In this document: piece after piece, positions 37,152 through 49,096 of the stretch
Layout: every line of letters starts with the position of its first letter
Numbering within the stretch: position 1 is the stretch's first letter
Origin: Squalus acanthias
Lineage: Eukaryota
Assembly: GCA_030390025.1 (NCBI GenBank)
Contig: CM059432.1
Coordinates: forward strand, 88,538,001 to 88,602,000
DNA length: 64,000 nucleotides
Direction of reading: 5' to 3'
The notes under the pieces: model-generated
What the model was told of the DNA's origin: nothing
Database searches by the model: none
Seen by the model: the letters and a program-made list of their open reading frames with translations, nothing else
Position numbers and translations under genes: made by a program

Positions 37152-37462
37152 GAGGCGTGACAAAATGCTGGTCATTTTTTTATTAAAGGCCGGGGTTCAT
37201 GGTCCAACTTTTGTTTAGTGTTTTGACATTATCTCCAGGTTGTGAGAACCAGTTATGTTAATGACTGTTTTTTTGTGTTTATTTCTATGAGTTTGTCATG
37301 AGGAAATGACACACACAGAGTTTGTAAAATAAATAAGTTTTTGTATTCAAAATATACATGTTTGGTCTTTGGAATCATTGGTGCCTTGGCCGGCTTAGGG
37401 GTTGCGTGCTGGGTTCATTGATGTTGTTAGCAATGGCAGAAGCCATTTCCACAGCAGGGGCC

Positions 37463-38623
37463 CTAGAAGCGGCTTGCTATCAGCCGTTGACGGACGGCTC
37501 TTGCAGTTTCACCATTGTGGGCCGCCCTCCCTCCTTGGTGCTGCTGATAATCATCCTCCTCGTCCTCTTCCTCCTCTTCCTCCTCCTCCTCTGGTGGTGC
37601 TCCAAGGCCTGGTGGCATTGGCTGGGTCCTGACGATTGCCATGTTATGCAACATGCAGCACACAACTACGAAGTTGGATACTCGCTCAGGCGAGTACTGC
37701 AGGGCTCCTCCAGAATGGTCGAGACAGCGGAACCGTTGCTTCAGCACGCCGATTGTGCGCTCAATGATGTTCCTGGTAGCTTGATGGCTCTCGTTGTACC
37801 GCAGCTCAGCAGGGGTGTTGGGCGTACGGAGCGGTGTCATCAGCCAGGTGCTCAATGGATACCCCTTGTCCCCGAGAAGCCAACCAACTGGCTGATGCGG
37901 TGCCTCGAAAAGTTCTGCCACAGTAGTCTGGCGCAGGATGAAAGCATCGTGGCAGCTGCCAGGATAGTGGGCATTGACAGCGAGTATCAGCTGTCTGTGG
38001 TCACAGACCAACTGAACATTCAAGGAATGGAACCCCTTTCTGTTCCGGAAATCCTCGGCATTCTCATGCGAAGCACGCAAAGCCACATGCGTGCAGTCAA
38101 TGGCGCCCTGCACCATGGGGAAGCCCGCTATCCTCGCAAAGCCCAGAGCGCGGTCACGCTGCTTGTCTGGGGTCATGGGGAAAGAGATGAACTCTCGTCT
38201 CCTTTTAAAGAGGGCATTTGTGACCTGCCGGATGCAGCAATGCACCGCGAACTGGGAGATATTGGCGAGGTCCCCAGCAGCAGCTTGAAATGAGCCAGTA
38301 GCATAGAAGTTGAGAGCCACTGTGACCTTCACTGCCACCGACAGAGACGTCCTGGACCTCAGTTGAGGCTGCAGATCTGGCTGCAGCAGGTGGCAGAGCT
38401 CAGTGACCACCTCCTTGCTGAATCGCAGCCTTCGCAAACACAGCTCCTCAGACAAATGAATGTAGGAGAGCTGTTCACGATATACCCTGGGAGGGTAAGC
38501 TCTCCTGTACAGACGCCTGTTGGCCCTCCTCCGTCTGGCCATCATCGCCATTCTCTCTCTGCGTCTCTGTGTCCTCCGATTCAGCTGGAGCAGGACGACG
38601 CCCCCATTCAGTGCAGCCCCCAT
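37463..38623 (-). CDS. Harbinger DDE transposase (HARBI1-like), 386 aa
   Basis: An uninterrupted ORF from the ATG at 38623 carries the catalytic GAIDCTH, LLGDKGY and IIERTIG motifs, plus RKGFHSLNVQLVCD and CCMLHN. Confidence 0.95.
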   Translation of the reverse strand: MGAALNGGVVLLQLNRRTQRRRERMAMMARRRRANRRLYRRAYPPRVYREQLSYIHLSEELCLRRLRFSKEVVTELCHLLQPDLQPQLRSRTSLSVAVKVTVALNFYATGSFQAAAGDLANISQFAVHCCIRQVTNALFKRRREFISFPMTPDKQRDRALGFARIAGFPMVQGAIDCTHVALRASHENAEDFRNRKGFHSLNVQLVCDHRQLILAVNAHYPGSCHDAFILRQTTVAELFEAPHQPVGWLLGDKGYPLSTWLMTPLRTPNTPAELRYNESHQATRNIIERTIGVLKQRFRCLDHSGGALQYSPERVSNFVVVCCMLHNMAIVRTQPMPPGLGAPPEEEEEEEEEDEEDDYQQHQGGRAAHNGETARAVRQRLIASRF

Positions 38624-38795
38624 AGTCTCTTTGCAAGCAAAGTTATGAAGGACAGCAACCAAAGTACCAGCGAAGTTAGGATCAGTAGGCAAAACTACCT
38701 CACAAAGCGTTGACTCAATGCAGAAGTCTCTCTTTCTCTCTCAGAATGAGTGGTACAAAAATGTCAACCACAGAAAAAGACAGGAAGAGGCCCCC

Positions 38796-38803
38796 TTTAA
38801 ATA
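38796..38803 (-). promoter_or_regulatory. candidate TATA box of the transposase gene
   Basis: TATTTAAA on the minus strand ~175 nt upstream of the ATG. The same motif sits at the equivalent place in other copies (~8355, ~25038, ~29417, ~30781). Confidence 0.5.
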
Positions 38804-39133
38804 GCGCCCCCCCCAGTCCCACAGCGATTGATAGCGTTCCAGTCTTCCGGTCGTTGGATGCGCCAGGCGGTAAGGCAGGGGGCGCCACTCAATTTCCGCT
38901 CCGGGGCGCCACAAGGGCGTTGCACCATGGAATGACGTCACAATCTGCGCGCGCAGGTGGTCGCAGCGGTAAAGTTTAGCGCCGCCGCACAATGTCTAGT
39001 TAAGTTCCCGAGCGGCGCAAACATCGCTGCGCCCAGGCGCTAGCGGCTTTGCGCCCCATTAGCGCCCTCTTAAGGCGCTAACGGGAGGCGCAACCAACTG
39101 AATTTTTCCCCCTAGTTGTTCTCAGAAATTTCA

Positions 39134-42100
39134 GGTACGGCAGTGTAATGGTTATGTTACTGGACTAGTAATACAGAGGCCTGAACTAATAATCCGTGAG
39201 ACGTGAGTTCAAATCCTGCCAAGGTAGTTTGTGAATTTGAATTCAGTAAAAATAAAAAATAAAATAAATCTGGAATAAAAAGCTAGTATCTGTAATGGTG
39301 ACCATGAAGCTACTGGATTGTTGTAAAAACCCATCTGGTTCACTAATGTCCTTCAGTGGAAGGAAATCTGCTTTCCTTACCTGCTCGGGCCTATAAGTGA
39401 CTCCAAACCCACACCAATGTGGTTGAATCTTGATTGGCAAGCCACTCAGTTTTATCAAATTGGTACAAAGATGTATAATAAATTGCTACACAGGAAGTGG
39501 TTGAGGCAAATAGTTTAGATTCCTTCAAAAGGAGAAACCTAGACGAGTACTTGAAAGATAAAGGAATAGAAAGATATGCTACAAGGCTGAGATGAGTCAG
39601 AAGGAATGGGAGGACACTCGTGTGGAGTATAAACACCAGCACAGACTAGCCGAATGGCCTGTTTCTGTGATGTATATTCTATGTAATAAGAATAAAACTG
39701 ACAGACCACTTGGTTTCGACTTAGGCATTGGATTCGGATACGACAAAGGCACACCCAGACCAGTCGACCCTGTAATGTCCTCCTCACTAATACCTGAGGT
39801 CCAAAGGTGGGAGAGCTGTCCCACAGACTAGCCAAGCAACAGCCTGACATAGTTATACTCACAGAATCGTACCTATCAGCCAATGGCTCAGACTCCTCCA
39901 TCACCACCCCTGGGTGTGTCCTGTCCCACTGGCAGGACAGACCCACCAGGGGTAGCGGCACAGTAGTATGCAGTTGGGAGGAAGTGGCCCTGGGAGGCCT
40001 CAACATTGACTATGTACCCCATGAAGTTTCATGGCACCAGGTCAAACATGGGCAAGGAAACCTCCTGCTGATTACCACCTACCGCCCTCCCTCAGCTGAT
40101 GAATCAGTACTCCTCCATGTTGAACACTACTTGGAAGAAGCACTGAGGGTAGCAAGGGATCAGAATGTACTCTGGGTGGGGGACTTCAATGTCCATCACC
40201 AGGAGTGGCTCGTTAGTACCACCATTGACTGAGCTGGCCGAGCCTGAAGGAGATAGCTGTCAGACTGGGCTTATGGCAGGGGGTGAGAGAACCAACATGA
40301 GAGAAAAACCTACTCGACCTCGTCCTCACCAATCTACCTGCTGCAGATGCATCTGTCCATGACAGCATTCGTAGCAGTGGCCACCGCACAGTCCTTGTGG
40401 AGACGAAGTTCTGTCTTCACACTGAGGACACCCTCCATCGTGTTGTGTGGCACTACCACCGTGCTAAATGGGATAGATTCAGAACAGATCTAGCAGCTCA
40501 AAACTGGGCATCCATGAGGGGTTATGAGCCATCAGCAGCAGCGGAATTGTATTCCACCACAATCTGCAAACTCATGATGTGGCATATCCCTCACTCCACC
40601 ATTACCGTCAAGCCAGGAGACCAACCCTGGATCAATGAGGAGTGTAGAAGAGCATGCCAGGAGCAGCACCAGGTGTACCTGAAAATGAGGTGCCAACCTG
40701 GTGAAGCTACAACATAGGACTACATGCATGCTAAACAGTGGACGCAGTATGTTATAGACAGAGCTAAGCGATCACACAGCCAGTGGATCAGATCAAAGCT
40801 CTGCTGTCCTGCCACATCCAGTCGTGAATGGTGCTGGACAATTCAACAACTAACAGGAGCAGGCTCCATGAACATCCCCATCCTCAATGATAGCGGAGCC
40901 CAGCATGTGAGTGCAAGAGACAAGGCTGAAGCGTTCACCACCATCTTCAACCAGAAGTGTTGAGTAGATGATCCATCTTGGCCTCCTCCTGAGGTCCCCA
41001 CCATAACAGATGCCAGGTATGTCCTGGCCACAAAAAGCAGGACAAATCCAATCCGGCCAATTACCACCCCATCAGCCTATTCTCCATCATTAGCATATCA
41101 TAAGCAAAGTGATGGAAGGTTTCATCAACACTGCTATCAAGCGGCACTTACTCACCAATAACCTGCTCACTGTTGCTCAGTTTGGGTTCTGTCAGGACCA
41201 CTAGCTCCAGACCTCATTACAGCCTTGGTCCAAACATGGACAAAAGAGCTGAATTCCAGAGGTGAGGTGAGAGTGACTGCCCTTGACATCAAGGCAGCAT
41301 TTGACCGAGTGTGGCATCAAGGAGCCCTAGTAAAGCTGAAGTCAATGGGAATCGGAGGGAAAACTAGCCACTGGCTGGAGTCATACCTAGCACAAAGGAA
41401 GATGGTTGTGATTATTGGAGAACAGTCATCTCAGCCCCAGGACATCGTAGCAGGAGTTCCGAAGGGCAGTGTCCTAGGCCCAACCATCTTCAGCTGCTTC
41501 ATCAATGACCTTCCCTCCAACATAAGGTCAGAAGTGGAGATGTTTGCTGATGATTGCAAAGTGTTCAATTCCATTCACAATTCCTCAGATAATGAATCAG
41601 TCCGTGCTCACTGCAGCAAGATCTGGACAACATCCAGGTTTGGGCTGATAAGTGGCAAGTAACATTTGTGCCATACAAGTGTTAGGCAATGACCATCTTC
41701 AACAAGATAGAGTCTAACCACTGCCCCATGATATTCAATTCTTGGCATTACCATCACCGAATTCCACACCATCAATATCCTGGGGGTCACCATTGATCAG
41801 AAACTTAACTGGACCAGCCACATAAATACTGTGGCTACAAGAGCAGGTCAGAGGCTGGGTATTCTGCAGCGAGTGACTCACCTCCTGACTCCCCAAAACC
41901 TTTCCACCATTTACAAGGCACAAGCCAGGAGTGTGACGGAGTATTCTCCACTTGCCTGGATGAGTGCAGCTCCAACAACACTCAAAAAGCTCGACACCAT
42001 CCAGGACAAAGCAGCCCGCTTGATTGGCACCCCATCCACCACCTTAAACATTCACTCCTTCCACCACCGGCGCACCGTGTCTGCAGTGTGTACCATCTAC

Positions 42101-42454
42101 AAGGTGTACTGTAGCAACTTGCCAAGGCTTTTTCGACAAAACCTCCCAAAGCCGCGACCTCTACCACCTAGAAGGACAAGGGCAGCAGACGCATGGGAAC
42201 ACCACCACCTCCAAGTTCCCCTCCAAGTCACACACCATCCTGACTTAGAAGTATATCACCGATCCTTCATCGTCGCTGGGTCAAAAATCCTGGAACTCCC
42301 TCCCTAACAGCACTGTGGGAGTACCATCACCACATGGACTGCAGCGGTTCAAGAAGGCGGCTCACCACCACCTTCTCAAGAGCAACTAGGGATGGACAAT
42401 AAATGCTGGTATTGCCAGCGACGCCAACATCCTGTGAATGAATGAATAAAAAAA
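39134..42454 (+). mobile_element. tRNA-headed single-ORF LINE (family B), copy B, near full length, decayed
   Basis: A box-like GGCAGTGTAATGG and B box GAGTTCAAATCC (39205), followed by APE (QQPDIVILTESYL, YRPPS, GDFNVHH), RT (LDIKAAFDRVWH, PKGSVLGP, FADD) and a (gaat)n-polyA tail. Confidence 0.88.
39482..39683 (+). mobile_element. CR1 3' fragment inserted in the family B 5'UTR
   Basis: CR1 end motifs flanked by TAATAA on both sides; copy A has an empty site here. Confidence 0.75.
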
Positions 42455-42627
42455 CAGTACTCTTGGATTCCTGCTTGATTTTTGTTTTTAATCTCTTCCT
42501 TTGTGATAATCTAAGTGATGTGCACTATATATTCTTTATTTTGATATTTAACTTTTAAACTAAACACAAATCAATTATTTCAAAGCCTCGCATTTAGATT
42601 ATCCTTTTCACTTTGCGGAACATTCTA

Positions 42628-43158
42628 GGGTTGATTATTACTCCCTCCGCCCAGTGTATACAAGGCCTAAAAACCGTGTTATATCACTTACCGCTCCATT
42701 TATGCTGCTGCTCCAGCCACCACCATCTTGGAAAGGGTCCTTATCGGGCGGCCAGACCTTCCACTTTTTTCAGGCGGGAGGCTTGAAAATTGGGGTCCTA
42801 TGTATACATAGGTTTACAATTTCACTTCGGTCCTTAAAGGGTCGACTAGAGGCCACTCACAAGGAGCCAGAAGGTGCATCGGTGGCTCTTCTCCGGGCCA
42901 CTGTTGGCCCATCTGGGGCCCATGCCCTTGGATGGCTCCCTGTCCCCAGGCTCCGTCTGTTGGCTGGCTCAGTGTGGGAGCTGGCCAATTTCCCACCCGA
43001 ACCGGCGAACTGCAACGGGGCACCCGTTTGACACCTGCAGCTCGTTGGTGGAATATAATTGAGGCCCCGGCATCAACATGGTTCACACCTCATGCCAGCA
43101 AGCAGGGGCGGGAGGCCGTTGAACTCCACCATTCTCCTCCAATAGTTAAAATTGGCCC
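42628..43158. mobile_element. probable Harbinger-type MITE
   Basis: A GC-rich block bounded by GGGTTGATTATT / AAAATTGGCCC within AT-rich flanks. Confidence 0.4.
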
Positions 43159-43564
43159 TGTTGTTTTCAATGGAATATCCTCTGCCAATTAAACATTCCT
43201 GAATCATTCTCTCATTTTAATTACCAAATATTACAGTGATACACATCATCATTCATCATTACTCAAATCAGGTTAATTTACCCCCCTAAAAAATACATTA
43301 CACCAAGAACATGCACTTTATTAGAATGGATGACAATTTACTATCCTGTGTCCACTTTGTGTATTCTTGCCTCATAAATTGCAGATTGCATCATTTAAAA
43401 AAATTGATAATTTTCATTAAGCAGTTTTTCATTTAACTTTCTATAGATTTTTATCTGGTTGTAAATTTATCCAGCTTCCTGTTTTATTTTTGCTTAATTT
43501 TCCTGAGTTACATGTGCTTCCCTCACCAGACTTCTTGTTAATATGAGAACATGGCAGCTGATAC

Positions 43565-44005
43565 AATCATACAGCACAGAAGGATGGCATTCGGCCCATC
43601 GTGTCCATGCTGGCTCTTTGAATGACGATCCAATTAGTCCCGCTTCTCTGTTCTTTCCCCATAGCCCTGCAATTTTCTTTTGAAGATATATTCAATTCCC
43701 TTTTGAAAGGTACTGTTAAATCTGCTTCCACCACCCTCTCAGGCAGTGCATTCCAGATCATAACAACTCGATGCATAAATAAATTCTCCTCATCTGCTCT
43801 CTGGCTGTTTTGCCACTTACCTTAAATCTGTGTCGCCACTTACCTTAAATCTGTGTCCTTTGGTTATTTACCTACCTGCCAGTGGAAACAGTTTCTCCTT
43901 ATTTACTCTATGAAATTCCTGCATAATTTTGAACACCTCTATTAAATCTCCCCTTCACTTTCTCTGCTTGAAGGAGAACAATCCCAGCTACTCTACTCTC
44001 TAATT
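43565..44005 (-). mobile_element. CR1 3' fragment
   Basis: HRVVMIWNALPERVVEA on the minus strand plus the CR1 3'UTR, with a 23-bp tandem duplication at ~43812-43857. Confidence 0.85.
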
Positions 44006-44317
44006 GAATGAAAGTTTCCTCTCTTTGCAGGCTGAAGGATCCTGCATGAAAGGGGTTTAAACAATTTCAGTCCACTTCCTAATGAGTATGAATGCACTGC
44101 ACAAAACTACTCTTAGTTCAATGTCAGCTGGCACTAAATTGTCTCTCTTACCTAGAGTCTACCAGAAGCCTGGTTGGAATGGGAAATGAAAATGTCGCAC
44201 TGCTGCTCCGTTGTAGTTGGGGAGAAGTTGTTGGGGTAGATTAGGGGAGCCTCTTTCTGTGCCAAATTGTAGTAAATCTGGCTCGATGATAACAGCAAGT
44301 ACCTAGAAAGGAATAAA

Positions 44318-46691
44318 GGGCTAAAAATTCGGGGGTTTTATACCACCCGTTACCATCAAACAAATCACGAAAAGAGGGTGGCCACCATTCTTTTGCCAGC
44401 TGGTGGTGGGTCATGCAACATCCTCCATTTTACTAGGCCCAGCAGCGCTTGACCTGAGACATGAACTCTGTTTCTCTCTCCACGGATATTGCCTGACCTG
44501 CTGAGTATTTGCAGCTTTTTCTGTCTTCTCAGAAGTCTTCCTTTACCATCTGAGGTCTTGCAAGCATCCAGCAGCACTGCAAAGTAAAATAAGGGAGCAG
44601 TGACATCAGTCGGCGTACAATGCTGACTTAACGACACCATGGCGAACTTGGACCTTTGTGCTGAGTTCAGCTCTGGGTCCTAAGCTCACCAGATAAACAC
44701 AGTGTGCAGCAGACTCATAGAGGTGCTGGCAGCACCTCTTGAAGGGACACACACATCTTTCAGGTAAGTTTGCATTTAAGCTTTTGGATTTTTTTTTGAT
44801 TTTTCTGAAGTAGTGGCTTGCTGCAATAGATGTTAAAAGTTTTTTAAGTGTGTAGGGAGTTCTGCTGGATGCTTGCAAGGCCTCCGATGGTAAAGGAAGG
44901 CCTCTGAGAAGACAGAAAATGCTGCAAATACTCACAGGTCAGGCAACATCCGTGGAGAGAGAAACGGAGTTCATGTCTCAGGTCAAGATGCTGCCTGACC
45001 TGCTGAGTATTTCCAGCATTTTATGCTGTAATTTCAGGTTTACAGCATCTGTTTGCAGAGGGAAGAGGAAGATGCAGAAGAGGGAGAAATGGAAGAGGAA
45101 GAAGCTGAGGAGGAGGAAGCAGAAGAGGAAGAAGCCAAAGAGGAGGAAACAGAAGGAAGGATGTAACACAGACAGCAACTTTCTGGCCGGGATATCTGGG
45201 ATGGAATCATCCGCCTGCGGTACCAGTGACCACAACCCAAATTCCCTTTTCAACATTTGTCCCACATCTTATCTTCCCTCTGTTACTGATCATCACAGCG
45301 TCCTCTTGATCACAATGCTGAAATAAAAGCCACCACAAAGCAAACTTTCCAATCTAACTTTATACATCCAATATGACATCAAGAAATCAACTCCTCACCC
45401 TTATGCATTCCCTGAGTGACTGTCTTGTGTGTGCCTTTGCCTATCCTAGTGATGTCACACAGTACTACCCCAGTGGCTGTAGCATGGCTGGTGGAAGGTT
45501 GCTGACTTTCAGTGGGGGACACTGCAAATGGCCTTGCTGGTCGACTTTGAGGAACTGGTGGCTGGGAGTGTCAAATCGACTGACGGTGTTTCTTCTTCTT
45601 CTTCTTCTCCTTCACTCTCCTCTCCCACTTCTTGGTCAACCACTGGCTGGGCAGGCTGCATTTCTTGCGTGTGTGAAATGTGAAAAGCACAAGGGTGGAG
45701 TTGTGGTGAGGGGAGGGCGTGAAATCAAGAGGTGCATACCAGAAGGAGGATAACGTATGAGGATATCAGCATCTTGTATCATTTCAACCCCGCCACTGGC
45801 CAAGGGCTCAGCCATGCCCCTGCCAAGAATAGCCTGCAACGTCTCCTCCAAGGGGTTGAGGTGAGGCTAGCAATGGGAGATGTGCCTTGTGATTGGTACA
45901 GATTGTTGGTATTTGAGTGATTTGGGGGGGAGTCATGCATTGAGAAGTGTGTGAGGCTAGCGGTGCAGTTGGTAGGAGACGGCTTTTGAAGATGCATTCA
46001 CTGACCTTGACCAGTGGTCTGAGGTCATGAAACTTCTTTGGGCACTGGAGCCAGGTCATGAGGGTAACACTGCTGGCAGTGATGGCCTCGGTGATCTGAG
46101 CCACATCGTTCTTTCTGGAGGGTCTCCTGGCCCCTGTGGGTTGAGAACCTCTCTTGCAATGTTGACCCCCTGCACAAAGCTGGAGTGCTGCGTGTGAGAC
46201 CCTGGGTGCCCCTTCCCTGGCTTGCTGAGACATTTGTGTTAGTGCAGAAGCATTTTTCCAATTTTTTGAGGTTCGGAAGGGAATTCAGCTTTAAGCGCTG
46301 AAGACTCCCATTTGGGACTTCTTTTTAATGTTAATTTTTTTTTAAAAAGGCAGTAAGGGCAGAAAACTACATTTTTTCATTTCATTTTAATTTTTATTAG
46401 TTCAGAAGGCATTGCCCTTTTAATTGTTTGCCCTTTTAATTTCCCACAATTGCTAGCGAACTCCAAAGCCTCGCTTCCAGAGGCTGTTAGAAGCTGCAAC
46501 ATCACTTCAGGATGGGAACTTCGACTGCCATGCCTGCACTAATGCCCCAGTAAGTTAGCGCTAGGCTAAAAGTCTTTAGCCCCCCGCGCAAATTTTTCCC
46601 TAGTAGCACTTCATCCATTTTCAGTGGCCGTTAACCCGAGTTGCCGGTGATACTGGCAACTCTTGTGGTGGCCACAAATTCCCCCCCCCCC
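44318..46691. mobile_element. rearranged Harbinger derivative (Myb remnants on -; transposase mostly deleted) with Penelope pieces
   Basis: Ends GGGCTAAAAATT / AATTCCCCCCC. The minus strand has QAREGAPRVSHAAL..TWLQCPKKFHDL, and the acidic transposase tail lies at ~45060-45160. Confidence 0.65.
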
Positions 46692-46837
46692 AAAGTTCTC
46701 TATTCCCTCGCAGTGACATCCCTTACATCATGAACACAACATTGCTCAGAAAAACTCGTAGCCATGATCACGTAACTGGAGGGCCACTCAGTTTGTTAAA
46801 ACAAACAATTTAATTAGATATTTCACGTAACAATTTC

Positions 46838-47128
46838 TTGACATCAAGGCAGCATTTGACCGAGTGTGGCATCAAGGAGCCCTAGTAAAACTGAAGTCAA
46901 TGGGAATCGGAGGGAAAACTAGCCACTGGCTGGAGTCATACCTAGCACAAAGGAAGATGGTTGTGGTTATTGGAGAAAACAGTGGACGCAGTATGTTATA
47001 GACAGAGCTAAGCGATCACACAGCCAGTGGATCAGATCAAAGCTCTGCTGTCCTGCCACATCCAGTCGTGAATGGTGCTGGACAATTCAACAACTAACAG
47101 GAGCAGGCTCCATGAACATCCCCATCCT
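46838..47128 (+). mobile_element. permuted two-piece copy of the family B LINE
   Basis: 46838-46977 matches 41283-41422 and ~46977-47128 matches 40733-40885. Confidence 0.88.
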
Positions 47129-47154
47129 CTTTTTGTATCTCCTACCTTCAACCT

Positions 47155-47358
47155 ACCATTGGCAGCAGAGCCTTCAGCTGCTTAAGTCCTATTCTCTGGA
47201 ATATCCTCTCTAAACCGCCTCCATCTCCCTCTTCTTTAAAAACCTCCTCAAAACTCATCTCTTCACCCTTCCTGCCTCTGTGCCCATTTTCCTTACATCT
47301 ATTTGTGAAATGCCTTGGGATATTTTTTCCGTTAAAGGCCGTTATTTAAATGTAAGTC
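47155..47358 (+). mobile_element. old L2 3' fragment
   Basis: ggcagcagagccttcagc..ctctggaat..ttaaaaacctcctcaaaactcatctctt followed by the tail gtgaaatgccttgggat..aaaggccgttatttaaatgtaagt. Confidence 0.65.
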
Positions 47359-48289
47359 ATCATTGTTGCCTCTGTGATGAACCAGAGCCTACCAACACAG
47401 AATTCCTCTGGCAAATCAGGCTGATTGCACCCCTGCCTGTGTTGGAAAATTGGAGGATAATGGTGGGCAGGCACAGTTTTTCTATGGTGCAACTTCTCTT
47501 GCCTGGCCTCCCTCTGTTGCTCCGTGCCTTCCTCTCCCTCCTGAAAACATAAAATAGTGTCATTCCCATAATGAAACCCATTGTCCACATTTCGAGGACT
47601 TAAGTAAAATAGGGCACTGCCGTAACCCATGTCACAAAGTCTTCTTAACAACTAAGTGAATAAAAAGCATGGTAAAAGATAACGCAGTTCCTTCAAAACT
47701 GATAGTTCGTCTTCCTTTGGTCCTTTAAATAAACACTTCTCAACTACAGGTGAGCAATTCTGGATTCCTGTTGTACATGGATGTGTTAATAAATGACTTT
47801 AGGTTTGGTGTAGTAATTGATAAATAGTGCGACTTCTATATGACACCATCTAATCTTCGTTTTAATATGTTAATGGAGTTCATGCCTTTTTCTGGTGGGA
47901 GTTTCCTATGCCATCGGTTTTTCCCAATGGAACATATAACAAGCTAATTATGGGATGAGATCAAGCTTAATTGATTGCTCCCATTCACATGGGATAACAC
48001 AGCTGAAAATTCTGCCTAATGCGTCCTGTTTGGTTGGGAAGAGGGCTACAGTGTTTGTGGAGGCAAACTAGTTGGGATTGAATATGTAGGTAGGAATAGA
48101 TATAGATATAGATATAGATATATCAAAGCTTTGACTGATCAACTTTGGCGAACAGGGAATATTTTTGTACAAGTTTCCTTCGGAGAGTAAATAGGTGGGA
48201 TAGACTCTATAATAGAATAAATTGCAAGTGGTTTGAGGAAAGAGTGGGCTGCATGATAATTTTTGTGCCTCACTTTCTCACTCTTTATA

Positions 48290-49045
48290 TTGTTGATAAC
48301 CCAGTGTGGTGACACAGATAGGAATTATATAGACGTAGGGTGTAATTTTCCTCCATGATCCCACCACCAAACATATCTTCCCCTCCCCTCTTCTTTCCAC
48401 TTTCCTTCTGTGACACCCTTGTTCACTCTTCCACCACTCCCACTTCCAGCTGCCGTACCCCTGGCTTCTTCCCATGTCAACACATGAGGTACAACGCTTC
48501 CCAAACAGTTGTCCAGGACCAAAACATTTAGTATGAAATGGCAATTTATGTGTACTTTTGCTAATCTAGTATACTGTATTTTCTGCTCATTATATAATCT
48601 CCCCAACACTGGGGAAACAGATTAGGTGACTGCTTTGCCAAACAACTCCATTCTGTCTGCAAGTGTGCCATTGAGCTCATTTGGCTCACCACTTTCACTC
48701 TCTCCCATTTCCACTCTTATCTCTCTGCCATTGTACACTGTTCCAATGAAGCTCAATGCCAGCTTCAAGAACAATATTCAATTTTTCTCCTAGGCAACCT
48801 TCAACTATCTGGTCTGAACATTGACCAACAACTTCACACTTTAGCTATATCCTCATTTTTAAACCTGTTTTAATTTCATACCCGACCCTCAGGTTTTCTA
48901 TCTTTCTATTTATCCCATGATTTCACATTTCCCCACTTCCTTAGCCTTTGCTTCATTACTCTCTTAATATTTCTGTACATTACTTGACTGAGATGATGTG
49001 TTACACTATTCCACTCATGATTCCTTTCTGGGTTTATGTATTTTG

Positions 49046-49096
<51 letters not shown>

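Larger units (their letters stand above)
35029..39112. mobile_element. intact autonomous PIF/Harbinger DNA transposon (4084 bp)
   Basis: Perfect 12-bp TIRs GGGGGAAAAATT / AATTTTTCCCCC, TSD TAG (35026-35028, 39113-39115), two convergent uninterrupted genes and CpG-rich ends. Confidence 0.95.

Noticed and set aside
37358..38293. 311-aa plus-strand ORF
   Set aside because: It is an antisense shadow of the GC-rich transposase with no recognisable motifs.
37463..38623. Domesticated host gene HARBI1 (and NAIF1/MSANTD for the Myb gene)
   Set aside because: The genes lie inside TIRs with a TSD and have many decayed paralogs nearby, so this is a transposon. No gene symbol was assigned.
44919..45326. 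Lys/Arg-rich ORF
   Set aside because: It is an off-frame reading of the (GAG/GAA)n acidic transposase tail fused to Penelope sequence.
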